From a virus (taxonomy: Duplodnaviria > Caudoviricetes), in the IMG/VR virus record IMGVR_UViG_3300032319_001025, positions 1 to 64,000 of that record: DNA of 64,000 nt; one strand, 5' to 3'. The notes under the pieces were generated by a model. It had not been told where the DNA came from. It saw nothing but the letters and a program-made list of their open reading frames with translations, and made no database searches. The translations under genes and the position numbers were made by a program. Positions 11,301-20,989 of this stretch are shown in pieces. The first letter of the stretch is position 1; each line of letters starts with the position of its first letter.

Positions 11301-12026
11301 CCAATAACTGGTTCTAGCAACGTTTCAATTGGTGTATATGCATCTCAATTTTTAACAAGCGCATCTAATAACGTAGCTATTGGATCTGGTGCTCTACAAG
11401 GTCAAGCAACAGTAGCAGTAACTGGAAGTACCAATACTGTTGTTGGTATTAGTGCAGCTCAATATTTATCTTCAGGTGCTAGAAACTTAGCAATGGGTTA
11501 TCAGGCTTACGGAGGAGCAGTTGCAAATCCTATAACTGGAAATGACAATGTTCTTCTCGGATATCAAGCTGGTAAAACATTAATTGGCGGAAGCAGTAAT
11601 ATTTTGATTGGTTCAGGCATTCAAGCTTCTTCTGGTTCTGCTTCAAACGAAATTAACATTGGCGGTATTTATAAAGCTGATTCTACTAATGGAATCACTC
11701 TTAATGCCGACGTTGTTTATTCTGGTGGTCAAAAAGTTAAGTATGCAGGAAAAACTGCTGATTATACTTTAGTATCCTCAGATTATTGCGTTGAATATAC
11801 AAGTTTAGCTTCATCGAAAACTGTTACATTGCCTTCAGCAGCAACTGTTGGTGCTGGTAAAGTATACGTAATCAAAGATGGAACTGGTTTAGCTAGCGCC
11901 TCTAATTATATTAGAGTTACAGCTAGTAGCCCAGATACTATTGATGGTTCAAGTTATTTCGATATTAACGCTGCTTACGAATCAGTAATGGTTGTAAGTA
12001 ACGGAACAAACTGGATTATTCTATAA
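8355..12026 (+). CDS. Long fibre protein (hendecad coiled coil plus YadA-like GxxA repeats)
   Basis: AVSAEASAR 11-residue repeats, GAPAALDTLKEIA motif, NVAIG..A repeats, shared C-terminal domain. Confidence 0.85.
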   Translation: MAFIRNSDALVEGLSNKFFTNARAKSAVQSDLDSLSSSISSESSARQSAVSDLQGQIDHILSNIDPAALDSLTEIVAAFQSADSSINTAISNLSASSSAAVSAEQSRAEAAEASLSAAISQEVSDRQSAVSAEVSRAEAAEGVLTSAVSAEASRAEAAEASLSAGLAQEVSDRQAAVSAEASARATAVSAEASRAEAAEASLSAGLAQEVSDRQAAVSAEASARSAAVSAEASARATAVSAEASARATAVSAEASSRAAADSALSSRLDVIEGSGAGSILKAISDSESYTDSKIAALINGAPAALDTLKEIADQLANDESAVSALTNTVSLNLQAAKDYADGKVSTEQSRSQGIEAGLRSDLNSEIANRQSADSSEAAARAAEDLTMVKLDGSRSMTGVLKQIDGAVTAPSYSFASKTNSGMYLTASSVSISYNGTKRIEAYSLGAWVTGGMTLDGSSGCTLLWNTDGSGDIGSSGAKRPNNVYVKTSVVTPSITIGSLSGMLKASAGVVSGSATTSDLTEGSNLYYTQARFDSAFAAKSTTNLAEGTNLYYTTARVKADAVVNSSSGSQTDQAMSVSAAKSYVDSGLAQKVDVTANYDIKPSVYSAGTKSSNFTINLAQGAKQKFTLGASVTVTFSNPVTGGDYLFEIVQDATGGRQITWPTVQWFNGVAPTLSGANKTDFVQLFYDGSSYYGSYQLADVVFATSTDLSSQITSEASTRAAADTTLQTNINNLFSTKTTSNLAEGTNLYYTTARTQTDASKRDLSNLTTTAINQSLLFTADGTLDIGASAASRPNNVYVKTALNVAGLTVSLGAGSVSTNVAIGPSSLNSNTTGAANVAIGNLASQYAVASANVAIGSTALGGSATISATGGNATAIGTGAGQYVSTATSLVAVGIGALAGQSTTAMSGNNNTAVGALAGQFVSTAQNIVAIGANALKGITTAPVTGNSNVAIGSGAGQNVTSGLNNIAIGTGSLIGQATGPITGSSNVSIGVYASQFLTSASNNVAIGSGALQGQATVAVTGSTNTVVGISAAQYLSSGARNLAMGYQAYGGAVANPITGNDNVLLGYQAGKTLIGGSSNILIGSGIQASSGSASNEINIGGIYKADSTNGITLNADVVYSGGQKVKYAGKTADYTLVSSDYCVEYTSLASSKTVTLPSAATVGAGKVYVIKDGTGLASASNYIRVTASSPDTIDGSSYFDINAAYESVMVVSNGTNWIIL

Positions 12027-12054
12027 TTAAAATTTTTTAAGGGAGTAAAATAAA

Positions 12055-15000
12055 ATGGCATTCATTAAAAATACCGACAAGTTAGTTGAAGGTAGTGTAA
12101 ATAAGTGGTTCACTAATGCGCGTGCAAAATCAGCTGTTCAAAGTGATTTGGATAGCTTAAGTTCGAGCATTTCTTCGGAAGCATCTGCTCGTCAATCTGC
12201 AGTATCTAATTTGCAAAGTCAAATTAACAATGTTATAAGTAATGTTGATCCTGCAGCACTAGATTCTCTAACTGAAATCGTATCAGCTTTCCAAGCTGCT
12301 GATAGCAACTTAAATAGTGCTATTTCTAGCTTGTCTTCCTCGGCAAGTTCCGCTCTAGCTGCTGAACAAAGCAGAGCACAAGCCGCTGAAGCTGCTTTAA
12401 GTTCTTCAATTAGTTCAGAAGCAAGTTCAAGAGCTGCTGCTGATAGCTCTGAAGCTACAGCTAGAGCCAATGCTGATAGCGCTTTAAGTTCTTCAATTAG
12501 TTCCGAACAGTCTGCTCGTATTTCGGCTGACACTGCTGAAGCCTCTGCAAGAGCCGCTGCAATAGCTGCTGAAGAAGCTGCTCGCATTTCAGCTGTTTCT
12601 GCTGAAGCATCCGCAAGAGCTGCCGCTGATACTGCTTTATCTTCTGATTTAGCTCAAGAAGTATCTGATCGCATTTCAGCTGTTTCTGCTGAAGCAAGTG
12701 CCCGTTCTGCTGCAGTATCTGCTGAACAAAGCAGAGCACAAGCCGCCGAAGCTTCTTTATCCGCTGCTGTTAGCGCAGAAGCATCCGCAAGAGCTGCTGC
12801 TGTTAGCGCAGAAGCAAGTGCTCGTTCTGCAGCTGTTTCTGCTGAAGTTAGCCGTGCTGAAGCTGCTGAAGCTTCTTTATCTGCTGATTTAGCCCAGGAA
12901 GTATCAGATCGTCAAGCTGCAGTATCTGCAGAAGTTAGCCGTGCTGAAGCTGCTGAAGCTTCTTTATCTGCTGGTTTAGCTCAGGAAGTTTCTGATCGTC
13001 AAGCTGCTGTTAGCGCAGAAGCAAGTGCTCGTTCTACAGCTGTTTCTGCTGAACAAAGCCGCGCTGAAGCTGCTGAAGCTTCTTTATCTGCTGGTTTAGC
13101 TCAGGAAGTTTCTGATCGTCAAGCTGCTGTTAGCGCAGAAGCATCTGCAAGAGCTGCTGCTGTTAGCGCAGAAGTTAGCCGCGCTGAAGCTGCTGAAGCT
13201 TCTTTATCTGCTGGTTTAGCTCAGGAAGTTTCTGACAGACAAGCTGCTGTATCTGCTGAAGCAAGTGCTCGTTCTGCAGCTGTTTCTGATTTACAAGGTC
13301 AAATTAATAATGTTATAAGCAATGTTGATCCCGCAGCCCTTGATTCTTTAACTGAAATCGTATCAGCTTTCCAAGCTGCTGATAGCAATTTAAATAGTGC
13401 TATTTCTAGCTTGTCTTCTTCTGCAGGTTCTGGTTTAGCTCAAGAAATTAGCGACAGGCAAGCTGCTGTTTCTGCAGAAGCCTCTGCAAGAGCCGCTGCT
13501 GTTAGCGCTGAACAAAGCCGTGCTGAAGCTGCTGAATCTTCTTTATCTGCTGATTTAGCCCAAGAAGTTTCTGATCGCCAAGCTGCTGTTAGCGCAGAAG
13601 CATCTGCAAGAGCTGCTGCTGTTAGCGCAGAAGCATCCGCAAGAGCTGCTGCAGTATCTGCTGAACAAAGCAGAGCCGAAGCTGCTGAAGCTGCTTTAGC
13701 TTCTGATTTAGCTCAAGAGGTATCGGACCGTCAATCTGCTGTTTCCGCAGAAGCAAGCGCTCGTTCTGCAGCTGTTTCTGCTGAACAAAGCCGTGCTGGA
13801 GCTGCTGAAGCTTCTTTGTCTGCTGATATTAGTGCTGAAGCCTCTGCAAGAGCTGCTGCTGTTAGCGCAGAAGCAAGTGCTCGTTCTGCAGCTGTTTCTG
13901 CTGAACAAAGCCGCGCTGAAGCTGCTGAAGCTTCTTTATCTGCTGATTTAGCTCAAGAGGTATCGGACCGTCAAGCTGCTGTTAGCGCAGAAGCAAGTGC
14001 CCGTATTGCTGCAGTATCTGCTGAACAAAGCAGAGCTGAAGCTGCCGAAGCTTCTTTATCCGCTGATATTAGTGCTGAAGAATCCGCACGTATTGCTGCA
14101 GTATCTGCAGAAGTTAGCCGTGCTGAAGCTGCTGAAGCTTCTTTATCTGCTGATATTAGCGCAGAAGCAAGCGCAAGAGCTGCTGCTGATAGTGCTGAAG
14201 CAAGTGCAAGAGCTTCCGCAATTAACAGCTTAGCTGCTGATTTAGTTCAAGAAGCGTCTGACAGAGCCGCTGCAGTTTCTGCAGAAGCCTCTGCAAGAGC
14301 TGCTGCTGTTTCCGCTGAAGCAAGTGCCCGTTCTGCTGCTGATAGTGCATTAAGCGGAAGGCTTGATGTAATTGAAGGAAGTGGAGAAGGATCAATTTTA
14401 AAAGCCAAGCAAGATTCGGAATCCTATACGGATCAAAAAATTGCTGATCTTATCAATGGTGCTCCTCAAGCTCTAGATACATTGAAAGAAATTGCTGATC
14501 AATTAGCAAATGACGAATCTGCTGCTACAGCATTAACCAGTGCTTTAGCTCAAGAAGTTAGCGACAGACAAGCTGCAGTATCCGCTGAACAAAGCCGTGC
14601 TGAAGCTGCTGAAGCTTCTTTATCTGCTGGTTTAGCTCAAGAAGTATCAGATCGCCAAGCTGCAGTTAGCGCAGAAGCAAGTTCAAGAGCTGCTGCTGTT
14701 TCTGCTGAACAAAGTAGAGCTGAAGCTGCTGAAGCTTCTTTATCTGCTGGTTTAGCTCAAGAAGTATCAGATCGTATTGCTGCAGTATCTGCTGAACAAT
14801 CGGCTCGTATTGCTGGAATTAGCGCAGAAGCAAGCGCTCGTTCTGCAGCTGTTTCTGCTGAACAAAGCCGTGCTGAAGCTGCTGAAGCTGCTTTGTCTGC
14901 TGATATTAGCGCTGAAGAATCTGCTAGAATTGCTGCAATTAGTGCTGAAGAAGCTGCTCGCATTTCCGCTGTTTCTTCTGAAGCCTCTGCAAGAGCTGCT

Positions 15001-15612
15001 GCTGTTTCTGCTGAAGTTAGCCGTGCTGAAGCTGCTGAAGCTGCTTTAAGTTCATCTATTTCGCAAGAAGTTTCTAATCGTCAAGCCGCTGTTTCTGCTG
15101 AAGCCTCTGCAAGAGCTGCTGCAGTATCTGCCGAACAAAGTAGAGCTGAATCCGCTGAAGCTGCTTTATCTGCTGATATTAGCGCAGAAGCCTCTGCAAG
15201 AGCTGCTGAAGATCTAACTTTCTTTAAGAAAGATGGTTCTAGAGCTATGACAGGAGCAATGGATATGGCAAGCTACGCTATGTCTAATGTTGGCGACGTA
15301 AGCTTTGTTGGCGGAATGAAAGTTAAGCAATATTTAGTCAGCGCAAATTATTCAATCGTTGCTTCTGATTATTATATTGGCGTAACTGATGTTTCCGTAA
15401 CAAAAGTTATCACATTACCTTCAGCAGCAACTGTTGGTGCTGGTAAAGTATACGTAATCAAAGATCATTCTGGTGAAGCCAATCAATCTGCTTATGTAAG
15501 CATTGCTGGCAGTGGAAGCGAAAAAGTTGATGGACAAAGTTCATTTGATTTAAAAGCTCCATATGAATCAGTAATGGTAGTATCAGACGGTTCTAACTGG
15601 TTTGTAATGTAA
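12055..15612 (+). CDS. Long coiled-coil fibre protein
   Basis: About 1000 aa of Ala/Ser/Glu/Arg 11-residue repeats; N- and C-termini paralogous to 8355..12026. Confidence 0.85.
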   Translation: MAFIKNTDKLVEGSVNKWFTNARAKSAVQSDLDSLSSSISSEASARQSAVSNLQSQINNVISNVDPAALDSLTEIVSAFQAADSNLNSAISSLSSSASSALAAEQSRAQAAEAALSSSISSEASSRAAADSSEATARANADSALSSSISSEQSARISADTAEASARAAAIAAEEAARISAVSAEASARAAADTALSSDLAQEVSDRISAVSAEASARSAAVSAEQSRAQAAEASLSAAVSAEASARAAAVSAEASARSAAVSAEVSRAEAAEASLSADLAQEVSDRQAAVSAEVSRAEAAEASLSAGLAQEVSDRQAAVSAEASARSTAVSAEQSRAEAAEASLSAGLAQEVSDRQAAVSAEASARAAAVSAEVSRAEAAEASLSAGLAQEVSDRQAAVSAEASARSAAVSDLQGQINNVISNVDPAALDSLTEIVSAFQAADSNLNSAISSLSSSAGSGLAQEISDRQAAVSAEASARAAAVSAEQSRAEAAESSLSADLAQEVSDRQAAVSAEASARAAAVSAEASARAAAVSAEQSRAEAAEAALASDLAQEVSDRQSAVSAEASARSAAVSAEQSRAGAAEASLSADISAEASARAAAVSAEASARSAAVSAEQSRAEAAEASLSADLAQEVSDRQAAVSAEASARIAAVSAEQSRAEAAEASLSADISAEESARIAAVSAEVSRAEAAEASLSADISAEASARAAADSAEASARASAINSLAADLVQEASDRAAAVSAEASARAAAVSAEASARSAADSALSGRLDVIEGSGEGSILKAKQDSESYTDQKIADLINGAPQALDTLKEIADQLANDESAATALTSALAQEVSDRQAAVSAEQSRAEAAEASLSAGLAQEVSDRQAAVSAEASSRAAAVSAEQSRAEAAEASLSAGLAQEVSDRIAAVSAEQSARIAGISAEASARSAAVSAEQSRAEAAEAALSADISAEESARIAAISAEEAARISAVSSEASARAAAVSAEVSRAEAAEAALSSSISQEVSNRQAAVSAEASARAAAVSAEQSRAESAEAALSADISAEASARAAEDLTFFKKDGSRAMTGAMDMASYAMSNVGDVSFVGGMKVKQYLVSANYSIVASDYYIGVTDVSVTKVITLPSAATVGAGKVYVIKDHSGEANQSAYVSIAGSGSEKVDGQSSFDLKAPYESVMVVSDGSNWFVM
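12350..15210 (+). repeat. Degenerate 33-bp coding tandem repeats
   Basis: Recurring units such as gctgttagcgcagaagcaagtgctcgttctgca; related tract at about 8650-9140. Confidence 0.85.
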
Positions 15613-15616
15613 TAAA
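15573..15616 (+). repeat. 44-bp direct repeat, copy 1 (3' end of fibre gene)
   Basis: Repeated at 16552-16595 with 2 mismatches; the last 34 bp are identical. Confidence 0.9.
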
Positions 15617-15638
15617 ACATACATAAAAATATATTTCC

Positions 15639-15660
15639 AGGCCCTTTTAATTAAGGGCCT
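15639..15660 (+). terminator. Hairpin AGGCCCTT...AAGGGCCT
   Basis: Inverted repeat after the fibre gene. Confidence 0.55.
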
Positions 15661-15678
15661 GATTTATACAAAAAACAT

Positions 15679-16473
15679 ATGAAATTTATAAAACATTTAT
15701 CGTTTACCCCAGCGGCAACTTATGATACTGATGCCCAATCGTTTATAACAGCTTCTGGAATTACAAACTCAACACAAAAATCAGCTGTTAATCAATTAGT
15801 CTTAGATCTTAAATCGAATGGTTTATGGTCTAAAATGATAGCGGTATATCCATTAGTCGGGGGAACTTATAGCACTTGTAAGTATAATTTGAAAGACCCT
15901 AGAGATTTGGATAGTGCTTATCGTTTGGTAGAAATAAGTGGTTTTGCTATAAGCTACAGCGCGCTAGGAGTTTACCAAACAGGTATTGGTTGCAATTTAG
16001 ACACTAAACTTGTACCACAAACCGCATTAGATCCAAATTCTTGCAGTATAAGCGTTTATATACGACAACCTTTTCCTAATATTAATGGCGTAGGGTTTGG
16101 AGATGGAGATCCTGGGGTTTTTATTGGTAAAAGACTTGGGGGATCAACTTTGCAACTGGCAATTGGGGGTTCTTATGGAAGTGCTGCTACCGGAGATTCT
16201 AACACTGGTACAAGTCCACAGGGCTTTATAACAGGTGGAACAAATGGAAGTAGGCTTACTAAAGTATGGGCAAATGGAATAAAAGGAACTGACGGTACTG
16301 GTTACCAAAGTCCGTTAGGTGCTTCTTCTATTAAAATATTAAATCCAAATGGGCAATATCCAAATGTTTATTATTGCTTTGTTCATATTGGTTTAGGTTT
16401 AACAGATTCTGAGCATCAAAGTTTATACACAATTGTAAGAACTTTCCAAACTTCTTTGGGAAGAAATGTATAA
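15679..16473 (+). CDS. Fibre-associated virion protein
   Basis: DAQSFITA...LKSNGLWSKM.A.YP..GG N-terminus and FQTSLGRNV C-terminus resemble phage structural proteins; sits in the fibre cluster. Confidence 0.65.
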   Translation: MKFIKHLSFTPAATYDTDAQSFITASGITNSTQKSAVNQLVLDLKSNGLWSKMIAVYPLVGGTYSTCKYNLKDPRDLDSAYRLVEISGFAISYSALGVYQTGIGCNLDTKLVPQTALDPNSCSISVYIRQPFPNINGVGFGDGDPGVFIGKRLGGSTLQLAIGGSYGSAATGDSNTGTSPQGFITGGTNGSRLTKVWANGIKGTDGTGYQSPLGASSIKILNPNGQYPNVYYCFVHIGLGLTDSEHQSLYTIVRTFQTSLGRNV

Positions 16474-16551
16474 TTAAATGCCAAGGTTGTATTTATTATT
16501 ACAGCCTGCATTTTCATTTTTCTTGTCAGTGAAAATTACGATAGTCACCAC

Positions 16552-16595
16552 AATGGTAATTTCAGACGGTTCTAACTGGTTTGTAATGTAATAAA
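16552..16595 (+). repeat. 44-bp direct repeat, copy 2 (fibre C-terminal remnant MVISDGSNWFVM*)
   Basis: Duplicate of 15573-15616. Confidence 0.9.
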
Positions 16596-16615
16596 TTAAA
16601 AATATGAATAATTTC

Positions 16616-16653
16616 AATAGCCTCTGCAGTTTAACTGTAGGGGCTATTTTTTT
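16616..16653 (+). terminator. Intrinsic terminator
   Basis: AATAGCCTCTGCAG...CTGTAGGGGCTATT followed by a T run. Confidence 0.7.
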
Positions 16654-16681
16654 GCTTTTTTGTAAAAAAAGAATTTTAGCA

Positions 16682-16691
16682 ACTTAATCTT
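16682..16691 (+). promoter_or_regulatory. Putative late promoter ACTTAATCTT
   Basis: Recurring motif upstream of 16727. Confidence 0.7.
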
Positions 16692-16726
16692 TAATATGCA
16701 AGGTCTTTTTTAAAAAAGGTTAAAAA

Positions 16727-19700
16727 ATGTCATATATAAAGCCACACAATGCAATAGGTAGCAGCGAATTATTACATTCTCCAACAGAAAAAGCAGTATA
16801 TGATGCTTTAGCTACAAAACAGCCTACCGGAAATTATATAACTCAATTAACTGGAGAAATTACGGCTATTGGACCTGGTTCTGTATCTGCCACTATTTCT
16901 AATAATGCTGTAACTAACGTTAAATTAGCTCAAGTAGCTTATGGCACTTTTAAAGGCAGAAAAACTACAGGAACTGGAAATGTTGAAGATTTAACTCAAG
17001 CTGATGCTACAGCCCTTTTAAATACCTTTACTTCTACTTTACAAGGACTTGTGCCAGCATCTGGCGGCGGAACAAGCAATTATTTGCGAGCAGATGGAAC
17101 ATGGGCAACAATTTCTATTCCAGCTAGTGCAAACCAATCATTAAGTAATTTAATCTCACCTACTGCTATCAATCAAGTTTTATTAGGACTAAACGGTACT
17201 GCTGCCGCACCTGCTTATTCATTTACTAATAGTTCTAGTACAGGTGTTTATTTATCCGCCATTAACACTTTAAATTTTTCTACTAATTCGACAAATAGAT
17301 TACAAATCGAATCTGATGGTAAAATTAAAATAATAGGTACTTCTGGTGCTAATTTATTATGGAACACCGATGGTGGCGGCGATATTGGAACTTTATCTAG
17401 CGGTGGAAGACCTGATAATGTTTATGTTAAAACTAACATAAATTTATCTAGTTTAACAGCGTCTTCTTTTGTCGGTTCGGATGCTTCAAATAATTTAGTT
17501 TCTTTAAATGCAGCTACATCTACATCATATTTAAATAATTTTGTCGGTGATAGTGGCTCTGGCGGAACTAAAGGATTAGTGCCAGCTCCAGCCGCTGGTG
17601 ATGCTGCTGCTTTTAAGTTTTTAAAGGCTGATGGAACCTGGGCAGATGTTGCTGCTGGTGATGCAGCTAATCGTTTTTTAAGTAATTTACAATCCCCAAC
17701 TTCTATAAATCAATCTTTACTGTTTAGCGCTGACGGAACATTAGATATCGGTGCTTCTGCTGCATCAAGACCAAACAACGTATATGTTGCAAACTCAATG
17801 GTCGTAAACGGAATAACCATGTCATTAGGGGCTGGCTCTGTTGCATCTAACATTGGAATTGGATCTGGATCTTTAGCAGCAAACACCTCTGGTTCAAATT
17901 CAATAGCACTTGGAAGAAACTCGTTAGCCTCTCAATTAACAAGTGCTCAAAATGTGGGTATCGGCGAAAGTGCGGGTCGATATGTGACCAGTCAACAAAG
18001 CATAATGATTGGGTCGTCTGCGTTGGCTGGAACAGCTACAACCGCCGTCACTGGTGGAGCAAGCGTTGTAATTGGAACTGTTGCTGGTCAATACGTTTCA
18101 ACTGCCGCTAATTTAGTTGCGATAGGATACGCTGCTGTTCAAGGACAATCTGGAACTCCCGTTACTGGTAACAACTCAACTGCAATTGGTAGTGGTGCCG
18201 CAAGGTACGCTTCAACGGCTGGAAACTTTGTTGCCGTTGGTAACGGATCTTTGCAGGGTCAACCTACTGGCCCTGTGACTGGAAGCTTTAACGTCGCAAT
18301 CGGAGCTGGCTCAGGAAACTTTATAACTTCGGGCGCGTCAAACACAGCCGTTGGCTTATCGACAATCGGTGGAACTTCAACAGTTGCCGTAACTGGAAGT
18401 GCAAACTCAGCCTTGGGAGCATCTGCTGGTCAATATATTTCTACCGCATCAAACACGGTTGCGGTTGGTTCGTCTGCACTACAAGGAACAACATCAACTG
18501 CTGTCACTGGATCTGGAGCTGTAGCGGTTGGTCAAGCTTCCGCTCAATATTTATCAACGGCCACTGGAACTGTTGCCGTTGGTCAAACTGCACTTCAAGG
18601 ACAGTCCACTATTCCAATGAGTGGTAATGGAAACACAGCTGTGGGAGCTAGCGCGGGTAGATACGTTTCAACTGGTGCCTCAAACTTGGCCTTAGGAAAC
18701 AGTGCGTTAGTTGGGGCGGTTGCAAATCCAGTAACGGGATCTAGCAACGTAGTTGTGGGTAATTCCGCTGGAACTGGTTTAATTAGCGGAAGCGGTAACG
18801 TATTTCTTGGGTATTCTTCTGGATATTACTCTACAACCCAATCAAACGAATTGTTTATTGATAATCAAACTCGAACAAATTATGCAACACAACAATCAAA
18901 TTCGCTAATATACGGAACCTTTAATGCAACCCCATCGTCCCAAACTTTAAAATTAAATGCTGCCGTAACTGCAACATATGGATTAACAACAACGTCAATA
19001 GTACACAATGGGGCGACATCGGGAGCTTTTACTGAAAACGTACCAGCAACCATAACTTCCTATGCTGTAACGTGGCCCTCTGCTCAAGGTGGTGCCTCTA
19101 CCTATCTTCAAAACGATGGGTCAGGAAATTTAAGTTGGGCTGCGGTTTCGGGGGGCGCAAACACATCTTTAAGCAATCTTGTAGCGCCAACTGCAATTAA
19201 TGTTCAATTAAGGTCGCCTAACGGATCGGCGGCATCTCCTTCGTATTCTTTTACAAACAATACAAACACTGGGATATACGCCGATGCTACTAGTTTATAT
19301 ATAGTTTCTGGCGGCCAACAAATGTTTCAAATGACAAGTGGCGATATTTATTGTTCTAAAAATTTTAGGTTTGATGCTCAAATTTTTGGTATGCAAAGCA
19401 AGCAGGTTCAAATTGGTGGATGGACTTTTGGGGCTACCGGACAATTAATTCCTAACGTAGACGCAACCACATATTCACAACGGTATTATGCCCTGGGAAG
19501 AACTGGGGATAGCCAAAATTTAAGCAGACCATATAGGGTAGATGCTGGTAGAAAAATTACTGTTGGTAAAAAATTTGGAAGTTCCAGTTTTGCTGTTTAT
19601 GGTGCAACAATCGCAGCAACGCAAACCGATGACATAACGACAAGTTTTACAACCACAGCAAATAACTCTACCACAATTACAGCAAACACAGGGGATGGAA

Positions 19701-20203
19701 TACAATCGTTGATAGATATCGGTGATTATATTCAATTAAATGGACTTCCAGGAATTGGAAGAGTTACAAATTTTACAACTTCATATCCAAATTCTACTTT
19801 TACTGTAGACACGCCGCTTGGCGATGGAACATCTAGAGCTATTATTGCCAAGCAAGCGGTAGCTTCTTTTAGAAAAAATGATTCTACCGAGGTTATGTTA
19901 ATTGATTTAAATGGCAACGTAAACGTATCTAATGCGCAGTTACAAGTTGCTACTGTAGGTTATGGTTTATCTGTTAAAGGCGGTTCGGACGCTAAAATAG
20001 GGATCGCAACATTTTCGGGTGTTTCTTCTGTAACGGTAAATACAACGGCAGTAACAGCTAATTCAATTATTTTAGTTACAAATCAATCCGGCGGATATGC
20101 ACCTATGTGTGTAAACAATATAGTTGCCGGAACCTCATTTGATATTCAGCATAATAACAGTTTTACTGGAACTGTCGCTTGGTTCATTGTTGAAAAAACG
20201 TAA
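16727..20203 (+). CDS. Tail fibre / receptor-binding protein
   Basis: ITQLTGEITAIGPG start, GLVPAP...FLKADGTW motifs and a long GxxA repeat tract; shares modules with 8355..12026. Confidence 0.85.
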   Translation: MSYIKPHNAIGSSELLHSPTEKAVYDALATKQPTGNYITQLTGEITAIGPGSVSATISNNAVTNVKLAQVAYGTFKGRKTTGTGNVEDLTQADATALLNTFTSTLQGLVPASGGGTSNYLRADGTWATISIPASANQSLSNLISPTAINQVLLGLNGTAAAPAYSFTNSSSTGVYLSAINTLNFSTNSTNRLQIESDGKIKIIGTSGANLLWNTDGGGDIGTLSSGGRPDNVYVKTNINLSSLTASSFVGSDASNNLVSLNAATSTSYLNNFVGDSGSGGTKGLVPAPAAGDAAAFKFLKADGTWADVAAGDAANRFLSNLQSPTSINQSLLFSADGTLDIGASAASRPNNVYVANSMVVNGITMSLGAGSVASNIGIGSGSLAANTSGSNSIALGRNSLASQLTSAQNVGIGESAGRYVTSQQSIMIGSSALAGTATTAVTGGASVVIGTVAGQYVSTAANLVAIGYAAVQGQSGTPVTGNNSTAIGSGAARYASTAGNFVAVGNGSLQGQPTGPVTGSFNVAIGAGSGNFITSGASNTAVGLSTIGGTSTVAVTGSANSALGASAGQYISTASNTVAVGSSALQGTTSTAVTGSGAVAVGQASAQYLSTATGTVAVGQTALQGQSTIPMSGNGNTAVGASAGRYVSTGASNLALGNSALVGAVANPVTGSSNVVVGNSAGTGLISGSGNVFLGYSSGYYSTTQSNELFIDNQTRTNYATQQSNSLIYGTFNATPSSQTLKLNAAVTATYGLTTTSIVHNGATSGAFTENVPATITSYAVTWPSAQGGASTYLQNDGSGNLSWAAVSGGANTSLSNLVAPTAINVQLRSPNGSAASPSYSFTNNTNTGIYADATSLYIVSGGQQMFQMTSGDIYCSKNFRFDAQIFGMQSKQVQIGGWTFGATGQLIPNVDATTYSQRYYALGRTGDSQNLSRPYRVDAGRKITVGKKFGSSSFAVYGATIAATQTDDITTSFTTTANNSTTITANTGDGIQSLIDIGDYIQLNGLPGIGRVTNFTTSYPNSTFTVDTPLGDGTSRAIIAKQAVASFRKNDSTEVMLIDLNGNVNVSNAQLQVATVGYGLSVKGGSDAKIGIATFSGVSSVTVNTTAVTANSIILVTNQSGGYAPMCVNNIVAGTSFDIQHNNSFTGTVAWFIVEKT

Positions 20204-20237
20204 ATAAAAAACATCCAGCTCAGTAAAAGCGTTTTAA

Positions 20238-20483
20238 TCATTTATTATCAAATTTAGGGCACCAACTGCTATGCCCAGGAGCTTTAACGGCTTCTGAACC
20301 ACATTCACATTTATTTACTATTTCAGAACCAAACCAGCTACTCCCATCGTTTTCTCCAAAAGTATCTTTATATTCTGTATAGCCGCCGTACCCATCTAAA
20401 CTATCGGCATCAAACGTGGTCATATCTTTTTTGCATTTATCGCATAGCTCAGTGTAATATTTTTTATCTTTGCAGCAAGACAT
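20238..20483 (-). CDS. Small Cys/His (zinc-binding) protein
   Basis: CDKC and CECG...HSSWCP motifs. Confidence 0.6.
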   Translation of the reverse strand: MSCCKDKKYYTELCDKCKKDMTTFDADSLDGYGGYTEYKDTFGENDGSSWFGSEIVNKCECGSEAVKAPGHSSWCPKFDNK

Positions 20484-20484
20484 A

Positions 20485-20814
20485 TTAAAAATCAAATACC
20501 AGTACTGTAGTAATAGCGGCTGCTTGACCTAAAGTTCCAGCCAAAATATCACCTTTATCAATTTGCTTACTTGCAAATGTTTCCCATAAAACACTACCAG
20601 CAAACATTCCAAGTGCAGAAATAATCAAAGAATCTGTTTTATCTAATTTCATTTTTTTCTGGGCAATACCGTACAATACAGTTTGACCAGCATATGCAAT
20701 ACCAAAATGAGCATATTTGTCAGTTTGTATTCCTAAGTAATTACTTTCTGCTTTTAGATTGGTACACAAAAGCATAGAAGCAGCCAATAAAATAACACTA
20801 ATTTTTGTTTTCAT
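20485..20814 (-). CDS. Membrane protein with DKxxH motif (VanZ/YfiM-like)
   Basis: Signal peptide, TDKYAHF, WE and D..A.TLG motifs. Confidence 0.55.
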   Translation of the reverse strand: MKTKISVILLAASMLLCTNLKAESNYLGIQTDKYAHFGIAYAGQTVLYGIAQKKMKLDKTDSLIISALGMFAGSVLWETFASKQIDKGDILAGTLGQAAAITTVLVFDF

Positions 20815-20927
20815 ATTGTTCCCTTTGCAAGTTTTAGTTTCACACATGAGTTATTATAAAACCATTCAAAATCAAAAAACAAGCTTAAAGATGTAAATGC
20901 TTGTTATTATTAATAAATAAAAACATA

Positions 20928-20957
20928 TTGACTTTAAGTATGAACTGTTACTATAAT
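20928..20957 (+). promoter_or_regulatory. Sigma70-like promoter
   Basis: TTGACT-N18-TATAAT upstream of 20990. Confidence 0.55.
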
Positions 20958-20989
20958 CATTATAGCACAGTGTTTAATAAGGAGATAAA

